Below are positions 50,199 through 59,398 of a stretch of DNA of 64,000 bases, in pieces. Positions within the stretch are counted from its first letter, which is position 1, and every line of letters starts with the position of its first letter. The stretch is from positions 1,437-65,436 of the forward strand of contig JAVBLF010000023.1 of NCBI GenBank assembly GCA_031553675.1, written 5' to 3'. The notes beneath the pieces are model-generated. The model saw nothing but the letters and a program-made list of their open reading frames with translations, had not been told where the DNA came from and made no database searches. This DNA comes from Eubacteriales bacterium (GTDB lineage Bacteria; Bacillota; Clostridia; Christensenellales; CALWSW01). A program made the translations under genes and the position numbers.

Positions 50199-51236
50199 AT
50201 GCGAAAAGCCACCATGCGCGATGTCGCGCAACGCGCGGGGGTTTCGGTCGGGACCGTGTCCAAGTACATGAATGCGCCCGCACACGTCAACGAGAGAAAC
50301 CGCGCGCAGATCCGTGTTGCGATCGAGGAACTCCGCTATACGCCCAACGCGCTTGCCAAAAAATTGGCGAGCGGTAAGAGCAGCACCATCTTGCTGTATA
50401 TGCTCTTCGAATCGGAGATCGGCGAATCGACATGGCTACACCACCTTCCCTTGGTGCGTGCGTTCAACCGTGTACTCGATCGGACTGGTTTCAGCCTCCA
50501 GGTGAAAATTGGCTCCGTCTCGCGCCCCGATGCTTCGCGTGCGTATCTGTCAACTTTGATCGACGAACACAGCATCGACGGCGTGGCGCTTTTTTCCTCG
50601 TGGGAAACCGATCCATGCCTTCTGGACATCTTGGCGATGCGCCGCTTTCCCTTTGTGCTGATCGACAACCACGCCGCCACGCTGTCCAACAGGCAAATAT
50701 ACTTCGACAACGCTTCCATGGTGGACGAGATGATGGGGCGGCTCTATGCGCTGGGGCACCGCGAGATCGGTTTTTTGCGCGCCGGTTGCGCACAGCAGCA
50801 CATGATCGACCGCGTGCGGGGGTATCGGAGCTTTGCAGAGGCGCACGGGATCGAATCCGAACGCTTCATGGTGACGGGGGAATATACGGTCGAGAGCGGG
50901 TATGCCTGCATGAACGCGTTGATCGACACCGGAATGCTCCCCACCGCGCTGATCGGCGGCAACGACAACATGGCCGCCGGCGCCTGCAACGCCGCGATCG
51001 ACCGCGGACTCCGCATTCCGGAAGACCTGTCGCTTATGGGCATCGACAACAGCATCGTCGCCCGCGCGACGCGGCCTTCGCTTGCGACAGTCGCTCCGCC
51101 GACGGACAAAATGGGCGTCGCGGCCATCGAAAGCCTGATCGCCTTGATCGAAGGCCGGATCGATGAGATCCCCAACCAAGTCCTGCCGTGTACCTTCGTC
51201 GAGGGGCGATCGGTCGGGCCGCCCCGAAAGCGTTAG
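50199..51236 (+). CDS. LacI-family transcriptional regulator
   Basis: MRKATMRDVAQRAGVSVGTVSKYMN aligns with the LacI N-terminus MKPVTLYDVAEYAGVS. Followed by a periplasmic-binding-protein-like effector domain. Confidence 0.88.
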   Translation: MRKATMRDVAQRAGVSVGTVSKYMNAPAHVNERNRAQIRVAIEELRYTPNALAKKLASGKSSTILLYMLFESEIGESTWLHHLPLVRAFNRVLDRTGFSLQVKIGSVSRPDASRAYLSTLIDEHSIDGVALFSSWETDPCLLDILAMRRFPFVLIDNHAATLSNRQIYFDNASMVDEMMGRLYALGHREIGFLRAGCAQQHMIDRVRGYRSFAEAHGIESERFMVTGEYTVESGYACMNALIDTGMLPTALIGGNDNMAAGACNAAIDRGLRIPEDLSLMGIDNSIVARATRPSLATVAPPTDKMGVAAIESLIALIEGRIDEIPNQVLPCTFVEGRSVGPPRKR

Positions 51237-51724
51237 CGGTCGGGCGCTTCCAGCGACACAGGGCCGCCCGCGATCGCGCGCCATTCGGTGGGCTCGTCCG
51301 CGTAGCAGTGCGCCAGGTAAAAGTAGCGCGTCGGACGGGACAGACCGCGCGCCGCGCTGTGCCACACGCCGCGATCCAGAACGGCGAGCATGCCGGGCGG
51401 CAGCGTCACGGCGACGACATCGTCCGCGTGGGGGCCTTCGTCGCCCGCCACCGACAGCAAAAACGCGATCGGCTCCTCGGCGCCAAAGAGCGCTTCCTGG
51501 GTGTGAAAATGGCGCTCCATCGCGTCGAAACGGGCCGGAAGTGCATCCCCGATCGTCATGCCCAGGCTGGCCGGCGTGTCGATCACGGGCAGGTCGGTGT
51601 GGGCGTCTTTGTACCCGTCGCCGGCGCCAAAGTTGACCTTTCGACCGCCGTCAGTGGGCGCTGTCATGTCGATGAGGGCGCCGTAGCGCGCGAACTCGAT
51701 CGAAGTGATCGGCTGCAGAATCAT
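51233..51724 (-). CDS. Ureidoglycolate-lyase (AllA)-family cupin-like protein
   Basis: MILQPITSIEFARYGALID, MERHFHTQEAL and GVWHSA parallel E. coli AllA ([38 protein letters not shown]). Start at an internal Met of ORF 51233..51880. Confidence 0.6.
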   Translation of the reverse strand: MILQPITSIEFARYGALIDMTAPTDGGRKVNFGAGDGYKDAHTDLPVIDTPASLGMTIGDALPARFDAMERHFHTQEALFGAEEPIAFLLSVAGDEGPHADDVVAVTLPPGMLAVLDRGVWHSAARGLSRPTRYFYLAHCYADEPTEWRAIAGGPVSLEAPDR

Positions 51725-51737
51725 GCGGATTCCCCCC

Positions 51738-52700
51738 CTACTTGACGAGTTCGGCGTAGCGGGCGCGATCGCCGCCCATCGCCTCGATGAAGTCCAAGAC
51801 CGCCGCCGCGCCTGCCGCGCCATAGCGGGCCCCCAGGCCGGATACCGCCCGCGCCGCGGCATAATTCGCAAACTCGGCACAGATGTGCAAGTCGTCTGTG
51901 CGCGTGAAGGCGAAGAGGAAGGACGCGCAAAAGGTATCGCCTGCGCCCGTCACATCGACGACCGGTACGCTGAGACCGGGCAGCGAAAACGCGTCGCCCC
52001 GCGTTAGTACGCGGCAGCCTTTGTCGGCCCGCGTGACGACGACCGTCCGGATCCCACGACCAAAGAGCTGCGAGATCCACACGCTTTCGGTTTTTCCCTT
52101 GGTCAGGCGGGCAAAACCGCGTTCATTCAAAAAGAGCGTGTCGATCCGGTCGAAAAGCCAGTCGTCCGCTTCCGATATGTCTGCGACGTCCAGATCGCAC
52201 CAGAAGCGGCATCCCGCCGCGATCGCCTCGTCGAGTATCTCCTTCGCGCCGCGTTCCCCGCAACGGATCGGCTTGATCTCGCAAAACGTCGAATAGATCA
52301 CGCGCGATGCGACGATCGCTTCGAGTGTTTCGGGTGTGATCTCCATGTGTTGCAGGTTGAGCGTCGGGATGAAAACGGTATGCTCGCCCTCGGCCAGGAT
52401 GATGATCGTTTTGGAATCGGGCAGGCTATCGTCGCGCACCATATGACGGATGTCCAGACCGGCCTCTTCCAGCCCCTTGCACAGCCTCTGCGTGATCGCG
52501 CCGCCATTGAGCACCGTCATAAAACATGCCGGCATGTCGTAGGCAGCGTAGACGCAGGCTGCGTTCGCGATCATGCCGCCCATCTGCGTCGGCAGGGTTT
52601 GGACGATCACTTTGTCGGCGAGCGAGGGAAAGACATCGGCGCTGTAATACTCGTCGAGACTGACATCGCCGATGAAGAACACTTTTGGAAACCGCTCCAT
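51738..52700 (-). CDS. PfkB-family carbohydrate kinase
   Basis: Ribokinase-like, with the canonical VDVTGAGDTF anion-hole/catalytic motif and NYAAARAV. AGGGGGTG RBS. Confidence 0.8.
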   Translation of the reverse strand: MERFPKVFFIGDVSLDEYYSADVFPSLADKVIVQTLPTQMGGMIANAACVYAAYDMPACFMTVLNGGAITQRLCKGLEEAGLDIRHMVRDDSLPDSKTIIILAEGEHTVFIPTLNLQHMEITPETLEAIVASRVIYSTFCEIKPIRCGERGAKEILDEAIAAGCRFWCDLDVADISEADDWLFDRIDTLFLNERGFARLTKGKTESVWISQLFGRGIRTVVVTRADKGCRVLTRGDAFSLPGLSVPVVDVTGAGDTFCASFLFAFTRTDDLHICAEFANYAAARAVSGLGARYGAAGAAAVLDFIEAMGGDRARYAELVK

Positions 52701-52797
52701 GTAGCAACACCCCCTATGTCATTTTCCCAATTGTAAACGTTCATTGGTCAATTTGCAAACCAATGTTGCCAAAAATATGCGAAAAGGGAGGCGTACC

Positions 52798-53562
52798 ATG
52801 CAGGCAAAACACAATCATAGCGAGGCATTTCGCACGGCTTTTTCGGTGGACAAGCCGATACTGGGCATGCTCCACCTCATGGGAGACGGCGATCGGGATG
52901 TGTTCGATCGCGCCAAACGCGAGATCGATCTTTTGTTCGAAAACGGCGTCGATGCCGTCGTCGTCGAAAACTACTTCGGAACCCCCGATCAGATGGCGCA
53001 AGTGCTCGCCTACTTGCAAGCACAGCGGCCCATCCCGATCTACGGCGTCAACGTGTTGGATGACGACGAAAAGGGCTTTGCCTACGCCGCGCGTTACGGC
53101 GCGTCCTTTCTCCAGCTCGACTCGGTGGCGGGGCATCTGCCGCCGGACGAGGACGCGCGTTTTGCCGAAACGCTTGCCGCGTGGCGGGCGTCGACGTCGG
53201 CTGTGCTGCTCGGCGGCGTGCGATTCAAGTACCAGCCGGTGCTGTCCGGCCGCAGCGTCGAGGAAGACTTGCGTCTGGGAATGGAGCGCTGCGACGCCAT
53301 CGTCGTCACGGGGGAGGGCACGGGCATGGACACCCCGATCGAGAAGATCGAAGCCTTTCGCGTCGTGATCGGCGATTTCCCGCTGATCGTGGGAGCCGGA
53401 ACGACGCCGGCGTCCTGCGCCGAGCAGCTCGCGATCGCGGACGGCGCGATCGTCGGCTCTTATTTCAAACGCGCCCACCAAGCCAAGGACGAGATCGAAG
53501 CGTCGCACGTCCGCGCCTACATGGAGGTCGCCCGCCAGGTGCGCGCGGGGAGCCGATCATGA
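52798..53562 (+). CDS. BtpA/SgcQ-family TIM-barrel protein
   Basis: ILGMLHLMGDG ... VDAVVVENYFG ... DAIVVTGEGTG ... PLIVGAGTT resembles the BtpA/SgcQ family as I recall it. GGGAGG RBS. Confidence 0.6.
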   Translation: MQAKHNHSEAFRTAFSVDKPILGMLHLMGDGDRDVFDRAKREIDLLFENGVDAVVVENYFGTPDQMAQVLAYLQAQRPIPIYGVNVLDDDEKGFAYAARYGASFLQLDSVAGHLPPDEDARFAETLAAWRASTSAVLLGGVRFKYQPVLSGRSVEEDLRLGMERCDAIVVTGEGTGMDTPIEKIEAFRVVIGDFPLIVGAGTTPASCAEQLAIADGAIVGSYFKRAHQAKDEIEASHVRAYMEVARQVRAGSRS

Positions 53563-54725
53563 CCCGCCCGCGCCAGTACGTCAGCCTGAAAGAAGGCTTT
53601 TTCGCTTCCGAAGCCGCCTGGCTCGCTGCGATGGAGCGCTTCGGCCTCACAGGTTGCGAGCTCTACATGGACGACGTGTTGCCGCGCGACGAAGCTTTGC
53701 ACCTCTCCGCAGACGATCGCGCATCGCTCCGACGGCGTGGCGTCAAACGCCTCCACGCGTCATACTGGGCGTGGCCGACGGCTTTTTTCACGAAGAACCG
53801 CTACGCGGAGCTCTTGTCGCGCATGGGCGGGCGTGAAGCCGTGGCTGCTTACTTCGGCGACGAGACGGGGGCGCAGATCTGGCAGCGCTGGGCCGATGAA
53901 TATGCGTTGGCCTGTGAGCTGCGCGCCGATGCCTTCACCTTCCACCTGATCGACTACGCGCCGATCGACGGCCGCTGGGCTTTCTCCCAGACGAGGGACG
54001 AGATCCTCCAAGCGATGATCTACCTGATCCAGCACTTTCTCTGTGAGCTTGGCGAACGCGGCCTGCTCCATGCCGACGCGCCGCACATCGAGCTCGAAAA
54101 CGCGGGCTGGGGGCTGGAGTACGGTGCGCAGACGGCAGACGACTTCAAGCGGGTTTTCGCCCAGCTCGACGACCCCTTCGACCGCGTGCGCATCGGCTGG
54201 GACATTAACCACCTGCTGCACGCGATCGGACGCGACGAAGCGGGCCAGGCACGCTTTTTCCTACCCACGCGCGAAATTTCACCCGCCATGGCGACACTCG
54301 AACGCGACTTGGGCGGCGATCCGGCGGCCTTTGCGCAGGCATGGATCGAACACAACCTGCTCGATGCCGCGTTGGCCCCGCGCGTCGGATCGATCCACCT
54401 GTCCGACTGCGCGCCCAAGCGGGTCAACTACTTCGAAAACGGCTGTTTCGTTTCGCCGTATTTCGAAATCCAGGACGCGCTGCCCGACGACGAAGCCCGC
54501 GAAGCCTACGGCGTGGATGTCGTTTTGACCCATTACGATTCCCACCTTCCGCTCGGTGAGGGCATGCTGTCGCCCAAGGGCATGCGCGCGCTCGTTGAAC
54601 GCCTCTGCCGGGCCGATCCGGAATTCGCCATCCTGCACGAACTGAAGAACAGCGTCGATCAAGGCGCGGCTCTCGCTCTGCAACTCGAACGTCTTTGGAA
54701 CGCCGATGAGGAGGTGGACGCTTGA
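53559..54725 (+). CDS. Xylose-isomerase-like TIM-barrel protein (sugar-phosphate isomerase/epimerase family), long form
   Basis: ATGA overlap with the previous gene. Motif series HASYW, FTFHLIDY, IELENAGW, GWDINHLLH and IHLSD. Confidence 0.55.
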   Translation: MTRPRQYVSLKEGFFASEAAWLAAMERFGLTGCELYMDDVLPRDEALHLSADDRASLRRRGVKRLHASYWAWPTAFFTKNRYAELLSRMGGREAVAAYFGDETGAQIWQRWADEYALACELRADAFTFHLIDYAPIDGRWAFSQTRDEILQAMIYLIQHFLCELGERGLLHADAPHIELENAGWGLEYGAQTADDFKRVFAQLDDPFDRVRIGWDINHLLHAIGRDEAGQARFFLPTREISPAMATLERDLGGDPAAFAQAWIEHNLLDAALAPRVGSIHLSDCAPKRVNYFENGCFVSPYFEIQDALPDDEAREAYGVDVVLTHYDSHLPLGEGMLSPKGMRALVERLCRADPEFAILHELKNSVDQGAALALQLERLWNADEEVDA

Positions 54726-55645
54726 AATACATCATCGCGGGCCCGACGATCGTCAACGACGTCGTGTACGCCGACGGATCGCGCGTGGACGGCATGACGG
54801 GCGGCGCGGTCTTCTGCGCGGCTGGCTTGGCGCTTTGGTCCGACAGCATCCTGTATGTGTCGAACGTGGGTCCGGATTTTGAAAGCTACTACGGCCGCTT
54901 CATGGATGCCTATGGCTTTTCGCGCGCCGGACTTCGCTTTGCGCTGCCCTACACGAACCACACGACGCTCGTCTACCGTCCGGATGGCCTGCACGACGAG
55001 ATCTCGGTCTTTTCGCCGGATGTCGAGGCGGAGATCGACCGGCTCGAACCGATCACGGCGCGGCAAGTCGCCGAGGCTTGCGCGGACGACACCGTCGGCA
55101 TTTACGTCGAGGCGCGGGAATCGAGCGCGTTTTGGGACGATCTGCCTCTGATCCGCGAGGCCACGGATGCCAAGCTGCTGTGGGAACTGCCGACCTCCGC
55201 CGCGACGGAGCCCCAACGCCGCGCCGCCACGCTGGCTGTGCTGCCGAAATGCGACCTGTTCTCGCTGAACTTGATGGAAGCCAGGATCCTGTTTCGCCAA
55301 GAGGACGAAGCGGGCGTCGCGCGGGTGATCCGCGAAATGGGCCTCCGCTGCTATCTGCGCCTGGGCGCGCGGGGTTCGCGCGTCGTCGCGCCGGAGGGAG
55401 ACGCCTTTGTCCCCAGCGTGACGGTCGGGCCGATCGTCGATGCGACGGGTTGCGGAAACGCCTCGACCGCAGCGGCGCTTTACGGCTTTTGCGAAGGCTT
55501 TGAGCCCCGAAAGACCGCGGCGATCGCCAACCTTTCGGCGGCCTACACACTGCTCCAAGTCGGCCCTTGTCCCGCCGTCGCGCCCGAAATGCGCCTGGAC
55601 GCAGAGCGCCGCCTCGACGCGCTCTGTTCGGAGCCGAGCCGCTGA
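54722..55645 (+). CDS. PfkB-like protein with a non-canonical active-site motif (GCGN instead of GAGD)
   Basis: TTG start overlapping the previous stop. Ribokinase-like fold features, but with DATGCGNAST where kinases have DTTGAGD. Confidence 0.55.
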   Translation: MKYIIAGPTIVNDVVYADGSRVDGMTGGAVFCAAGLALWSDSILYVSNVGPDFESYYGRFMDAYGFSRAGLRFALPYTNHTTLVYRPDGLHDEISVFSPDVEAEIDRLEPITARQVAEACADDTVGIYVEARESSAFWDDLPLIREATDAKLLWELPTSAATEPQRRAATLAVLPKCDLFSLNLMEARILFRQEDEAGVARVIREMGLRCYLRLGARGSRVVAPEGDAFVPSVTVGPIVDATGCGNASTAAALYGFCEGFEPRKTAAIANLSAAYTLLQVGPCPAVAPEMRLDAERRLDALCSEPSR

Positions 55646-55656
55646 TTTCGCAGCAC

Positions 55657-55692
55657 AAAAAAGCGCCTGGACGATCGTGTCCAGGCGCTTTT
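55657..55692. terminator. Bidirectional terminator
   Basis: AGCGCCTGGA-CGATCGTG-TCCAGGCGCT, flanked by an A-run and a T-run. Confidence 0.8.
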
Positions 55693-55718
55693 GCGTACTG
55701 GCGAGAATCGTGTCTCGC

Positions 55719-57047
55719 TTATGGAAGGGTTTTTCCCGTCTTGGGGTCGATCGCGATCAGGAGCGGTTCGCCCGTCTGACCGCTTTCACCGATGACGTAA
55801 GCGTACTTGACCCCGTCGAGCGTGAAAGCGATTTTGCAGTTGGGCCCGCCTTCGGGAATGATCGTGCGGATGACCAGCGGCTTTTTGGGCGCGATTTCCT
55901 TGATCGTCGTCATGCGTTTGACATCCTCGAAGCGATCGCTTTCGTATTGCACCCGCACCAGCTCGACGTTCTGGAGCGGCTTCTTCGCGTCGATCCGAAC
56001 GTAGATGCCTTCCTTGTGCTCCGTGTAGCGGGAGGCCGCCTTCGCGAAGCCCGGCGCGTCGGTAAAGGCGATCGCGATCGGTTCGGAGGCCGCGTCGGGT
56101 TGATCGTCCGGATTGACCTGGATGCCGGCGATCTGCCACTTGCCTTTCGTTTCGACCAAGTCGAAATGAACTTCGTCTTTGGACGCGGTCGTCAGTACCG
56201 CGGTCGCCTTCGTGCCAGACTTGGCAAAGTTCACATCGATCGCGAGCTTGTCGAAGGTGACGAGATCCGGCTTCAGCGCCGTGAAAAACGAGTCCGACAA
56301 CACATCGACATGTTTGGGGTCGATCGCTTGGAGGCGGGCTGTCACTTCCTTTGACTTTCCGTTGTCGATGCAGCGAAGCGCCAGGTAGTGCCGCACCAGA
56401 TCCGACGGATTCGCGGGGTATTTTCCGACATCGACGGTGGAGCTGACGAGCGTGAAATACCCTTTCTTGGCGTACCAATCGTAATGGGATTCGGTGGGGT
56501 AGAAGAGCACGTCGTAGGACCAGCGGCTCTTTCGGTAGCCGTCGTAGCGTCCGTCCCCGTCGGCGTCCACCATGCGGTCTTCGCCCGCGCCCGTCGGAGA
56601 CCAGGCGGCCGTGACCTTTTTGAGTGCGTCGTTTTCGACCTTCAGGAGCGCAAAGCCGCGCAAATGCGCCTCATTGGTGAGCACGATGTGGAGATAGAGT
56701 CCGTCGCTCTCCTGCATGCGTATCGCGGATGCCGTGTCGAACGATGCCGTCGGCAGCGCGACTGGCTTGCCGAGCTGCGACACTTTCCCTTTTGTGCTGC
56801 GGAAAGCGTAGATCTCCTTGTCGCTCATCTTCACGAGCACTTCTTTGTTTCCGTCGCCGTCCAAGTCGCGCTCCGAGATCAGGCATACGGCCGATTGGCG
56901 CCGCGCCTTGTCGAAGTGTTTCGCGATGTACTGGGTATAGGCCGCGCCGAGCTTGGGCGCCGCAGTCGTAGCTGCCAGCGCGCTTCCACAGAGCATGGCT
57001 GTGATTGCGAGCGCCAGCCAGGCAGTGGCAAGTTTCCCTGTCTTCAT
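55719..57047 (-). CDS. Secreted hypothetical protein with DxDGDG calcium-binding-like motifs
   Basis: Signal peptide MKTGKLATAWLALAITAMLCGSALA. Motifs DLDGDGNKE and DADGDGRYD. I recognise no family. Confidence 0.6.
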   Translation of the reverse strand: MKTGKLATAWLALAITAMLCGSALAATTAAPKLGAAYTQYIAKHFDKARRQSAVCLISERDLDGDGNKEVLVKMSDKEIYAFRSTKGKVSQLGKPVALPTASFDTASAIRMQESDGLYLHIVLTNEAHLRGFALLKVENDALKKVTAAWSPTGAGEDRMVDADGDGRYDGYRKSRWSYDVLFYPTESHYDWYAKKGYFTLVSSTVDVGKYPANPSDLVRHYLALRCIDNGKSKEVTARLQAIDPKHVDVLSDSFFTALKPDLVTFDKLAIDVNFAKSGTKATAVLTTASKDEVHFDLVETKGKWQIAGIQVNPDDQPDAASEPIAIAFTDAPGFAKAASRYTEHKEGIYVRIDAKKPLQNVELVRVQYESDRFEDVKRMTTIKEIAPKKPLVIRTIIPEGGPNCKIAFTLDGVKYAYVIGESGQTGEPLLIAIDPKTGKTLP

Positions 57048-57131
57048 CGATTCACGTCCTCTCGTTGTCGGGCAGGCAATGGGAGTGGTAGCATATTCTC
57101 AATGTAGATTTACTATATCATAGCGCAGATC

Positions 57132-57156
57132 AAAAAAGGAGGCCTTTGCGCCTCCC
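57132..57156 (-). terminator. trxA terminator
   Basis: The reverse strand reads GGGAGGC-GCAAA-GCCTCC followed by TTTTTT. Confidence 0.75.
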
Positions 57157-57176
57157 AATTGATCGAATCTCCAAAA

Positions 57177-57506
57177 TTACGCGAGATGCCGGTCGATCAT
57201 GTCTTCCAGATCTTCTTTCGGCACCAAACCAATCGATTTTTCCACGATGTCGCCGCCCACGAAGAGCATGACGGTCGGGATGGTCTGGATGCGGTAGCGG
57301 ATGGCGATCGCTTCCTGCTCGTCCGTGTTGAGCTTGCAGACCTGGATGCGATCCTTGTAATCGTCCGCCAATTCGTCGATCGCGGGGGCCAGCATGCGGC
57401 AAGGCCCGCACCACGCCGCCCAGAAATCCACCAGGACCGGTTTGTCGTTCCGGATCATGGCGTCAAAGCTATCGTTGGTCAAATGAATGATGTTCTGGTT
57501 TGCCAT
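57177..57506 (-). CDS. trxA: Thioredoxin
   Basis: 109 aa with the WCGPC active site. Confidence 0.93.
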   Translation of the reverse strand: MANQNIIHLTNDSFDAMIRNDKPVLVDFWAAWCGPCRMLAPAIDELADDYKDRIQVCKLNTDEQEAIAIRYRIQTIPTVMLFVGGDIVEKSIGLVPKEDLEDMIDRHLA

Positions 57507-57577
57507 TCAGGCGCCTCCTTCACTGCGGTTGAAAACGTATCCGCCGACACTCGCGCACCATTGTCGTACCGAGTATC

Positions 57578-59380
57578 TCATTCCGTACCGCGTTTGTCAA
57601 TGCATATGCCCAACTCGGCAAGCTGTGCGTCGTCAACGGCGTTGGGCGCCTGGGTGAGCAGGTCGGACGCGTTTTGCGTCTTGGGGAAGGCGATGACGTC
57701 GCGGATGTTGTTCGTGCCGGCCATGAGCATGACGATGCGATCCAGGCCGAACGCGATGCCACCGTGCGGGGGAGCGCCGTATTGGAAGGCCCGCAGGAAG
57801 TAGCCGAAGCGCTCCGCGGCGCTTTCGTCGGTAAAGCCCAGCGCGCGGAACATCCGCTTTTGCAGTTCCTGGTTCGAGATCCGGATCGACCCGCCGCCCA
57901 GCTCGTAGCCGTTGAGCACCATGTCGTAAGCTTTGGCGCGCACCGAAGCCGGATCGCTCTCCAGCTTGTCGAGGTCCTCGAGTTTGGGGGACGTGAAAGG
58001 GTGGTGCTTCGCGTAGTATCGCCCATCTTCGGCATCGTATTCGAAGAGCGGGAATTCCGTGACCCAAAGCAAGTCGAAACGGTCCGGATCGATCAGGTCG
58101 AAGCGTTTCGCCAGCTCCAGGCGAAGCGCACCCAAAGCGGCAAACACGACTTCGTCGTCGGCGTCGCAGACGAAAAACACCGTGTCGTTCGCCTTTGCGC
58201 CGACCCGTTCTAGCAACGACGCGATCTGCGCCTCCGTCATGAACTTGGCGAGCGTGCTTTTCACGCCGTCCGCCGTCACTGTCATCCAGCTCATGCCCTT
58301 GGCGCGGTAGGTTTTGACGAACTCGACCAACTTGTCGATCTCCTTGCGCGAGAGCTTGTCCGCCGATCCGACCGCGTTGATCGCCCGCACCGAGCCGCCC
58401 GCCGCGATGGCGTCCTTTAGGAACTGCGCTTCGGTCGAGCCCATGATGTCCGACACGTCGACCAGTTCCAGCCCAAAACGGGTGTCCGGCTTATCCGAAC
58501 CGTAGCGCGCCATGGCCTCCGCGTACTTCATGCGCGGCAAGGGCAGCGGGATCTCGATGCCCTTGATCTTCCGAAAGAGTTCCGCCATGAAGCCCTCGTG
58601 GACCGCCATGACGTCCTCTTCGTCCTCGACGAAGGACATTTCACAGTCGATCTGCGTGAATTCCGGCTGGCGATCTGCCCGCAAATCCTCGTCGCGGAAG
58701 CATTTCGCGATCTGAAAATACCTGTCGAAGCCGCTGAGCATCAGCAGTTGCTTAAACTGCTGGGGGCTTTGCGGCAGGGCGTAAAACTGCCCGGGATAGA
58801 CACGGCTCGGCACGAGGTAATCGCGCGCACCCTCGGGCGTGCTGCGGCCCAGGATGGGCGTCTCGATCTCGTAGAAGCCCTGCGCGTCGTAATAGTCCCG
58901 CGCCACCTTCGCGATCCGGTGGCGGAGCGCCAAGATGCGCTGCATGACCGGTCTGCGCAAGTCAAGGTAGCGGTACTGCATGCGCAGCATTTCGTTTGTT
59001 TCGCTGTCGTCGTCGATCATAAAAGGCGGCGTTTCACTCACAGCCAGGATCTTGAAGTCGCTGACCAAGAGCTCGAAAGCCCCCGTCGCGACATCTGGAT
59101 TGATCGCCTCGGGCGCGCGCCGTGCCAAGACGCCTTTCACCGCCAGGACGAACTCCGAGCGTATCCCTTCGGCCTTTTCAAAGGTCGCGCGGTCGTTCCG
59201 GCTCTCGTCGAACACGACTTGCATCATGCCGCTGCGATCGCGCAGGTAGGCGAAAATCAACCCGCCGAGGTTGCGCTTGCCGTCCACCCAGCCCATGAGC
59301 GTCAGATCTTGCCCCAGTTCGGATTCGCAGGGGACGCCGCAATGGTGGCTTCTTTTCCAGCCGTTCAAAAATTCTGCCAT
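57578..59380 (-). CDS. aspS: Aspartate--tRNA ligase
   Basis: Class IIb aaRS: OB-fold N-domain, FYALPQSPQQFKQLLM, QIAKCFRDEDLRADRQPEFTQID and GGIAFGLDRIVM. ATG 59380 is preferred over the track start GTG 59389. Confidence 0.93.
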   Translation of the reverse strand: MAEFLNGWKRSHHCGVPCESELGQDLTLMGWVDGKRNLGGLIFAYLRDRSGMMQVVFDESRNDRATFEKAEGIRSEFVLAVKGVLARRAPEAINPDVATGAFELLVSDFKILAVSETPPFMIDDDSETNEMLRMQYRYLDLRRPVMQRILALRHRIAKVARDYYDAQGFYEIETPILGRSTPEGARDYLVPSRVYPGQFYALPQSPQQFKQLLMLSGFDRYFQIAKCFRDEDLRADRQPEFTQIDCEMSFVEDEEDVMAVHEGFMAELFRKIKGIEIPLPLPRMKYAEAMARYGSDKPDTRFGLELVDVSDIMGSTEAQFLKDAIAAGGSVRAINAVGSADKLSRKEIDKLVEFVKTYRAKGMSWMTVTADGVKSTLAKFMTEAQIASLLERVGAKANDTVFFVCDADDEVVFAALGALRLELAKRFDLIDPDRFDLLWVTEFPLFEYDAEDGRYYAKHHPFTSPKLEDLDKLESDPASVRAKAYDMVLNGYELGGGSIRISNQELQKRMFRALGFTDESAAERFGYFLRAFQYGAPPHGGIAFGLDRIVMLMAGTNNIRDVIAFPKTQNASDLLTQAPNAVDDAQLAELGICIDKRGTE

Positions 59381-59398
59381 CGATAACACAACCTCGCT

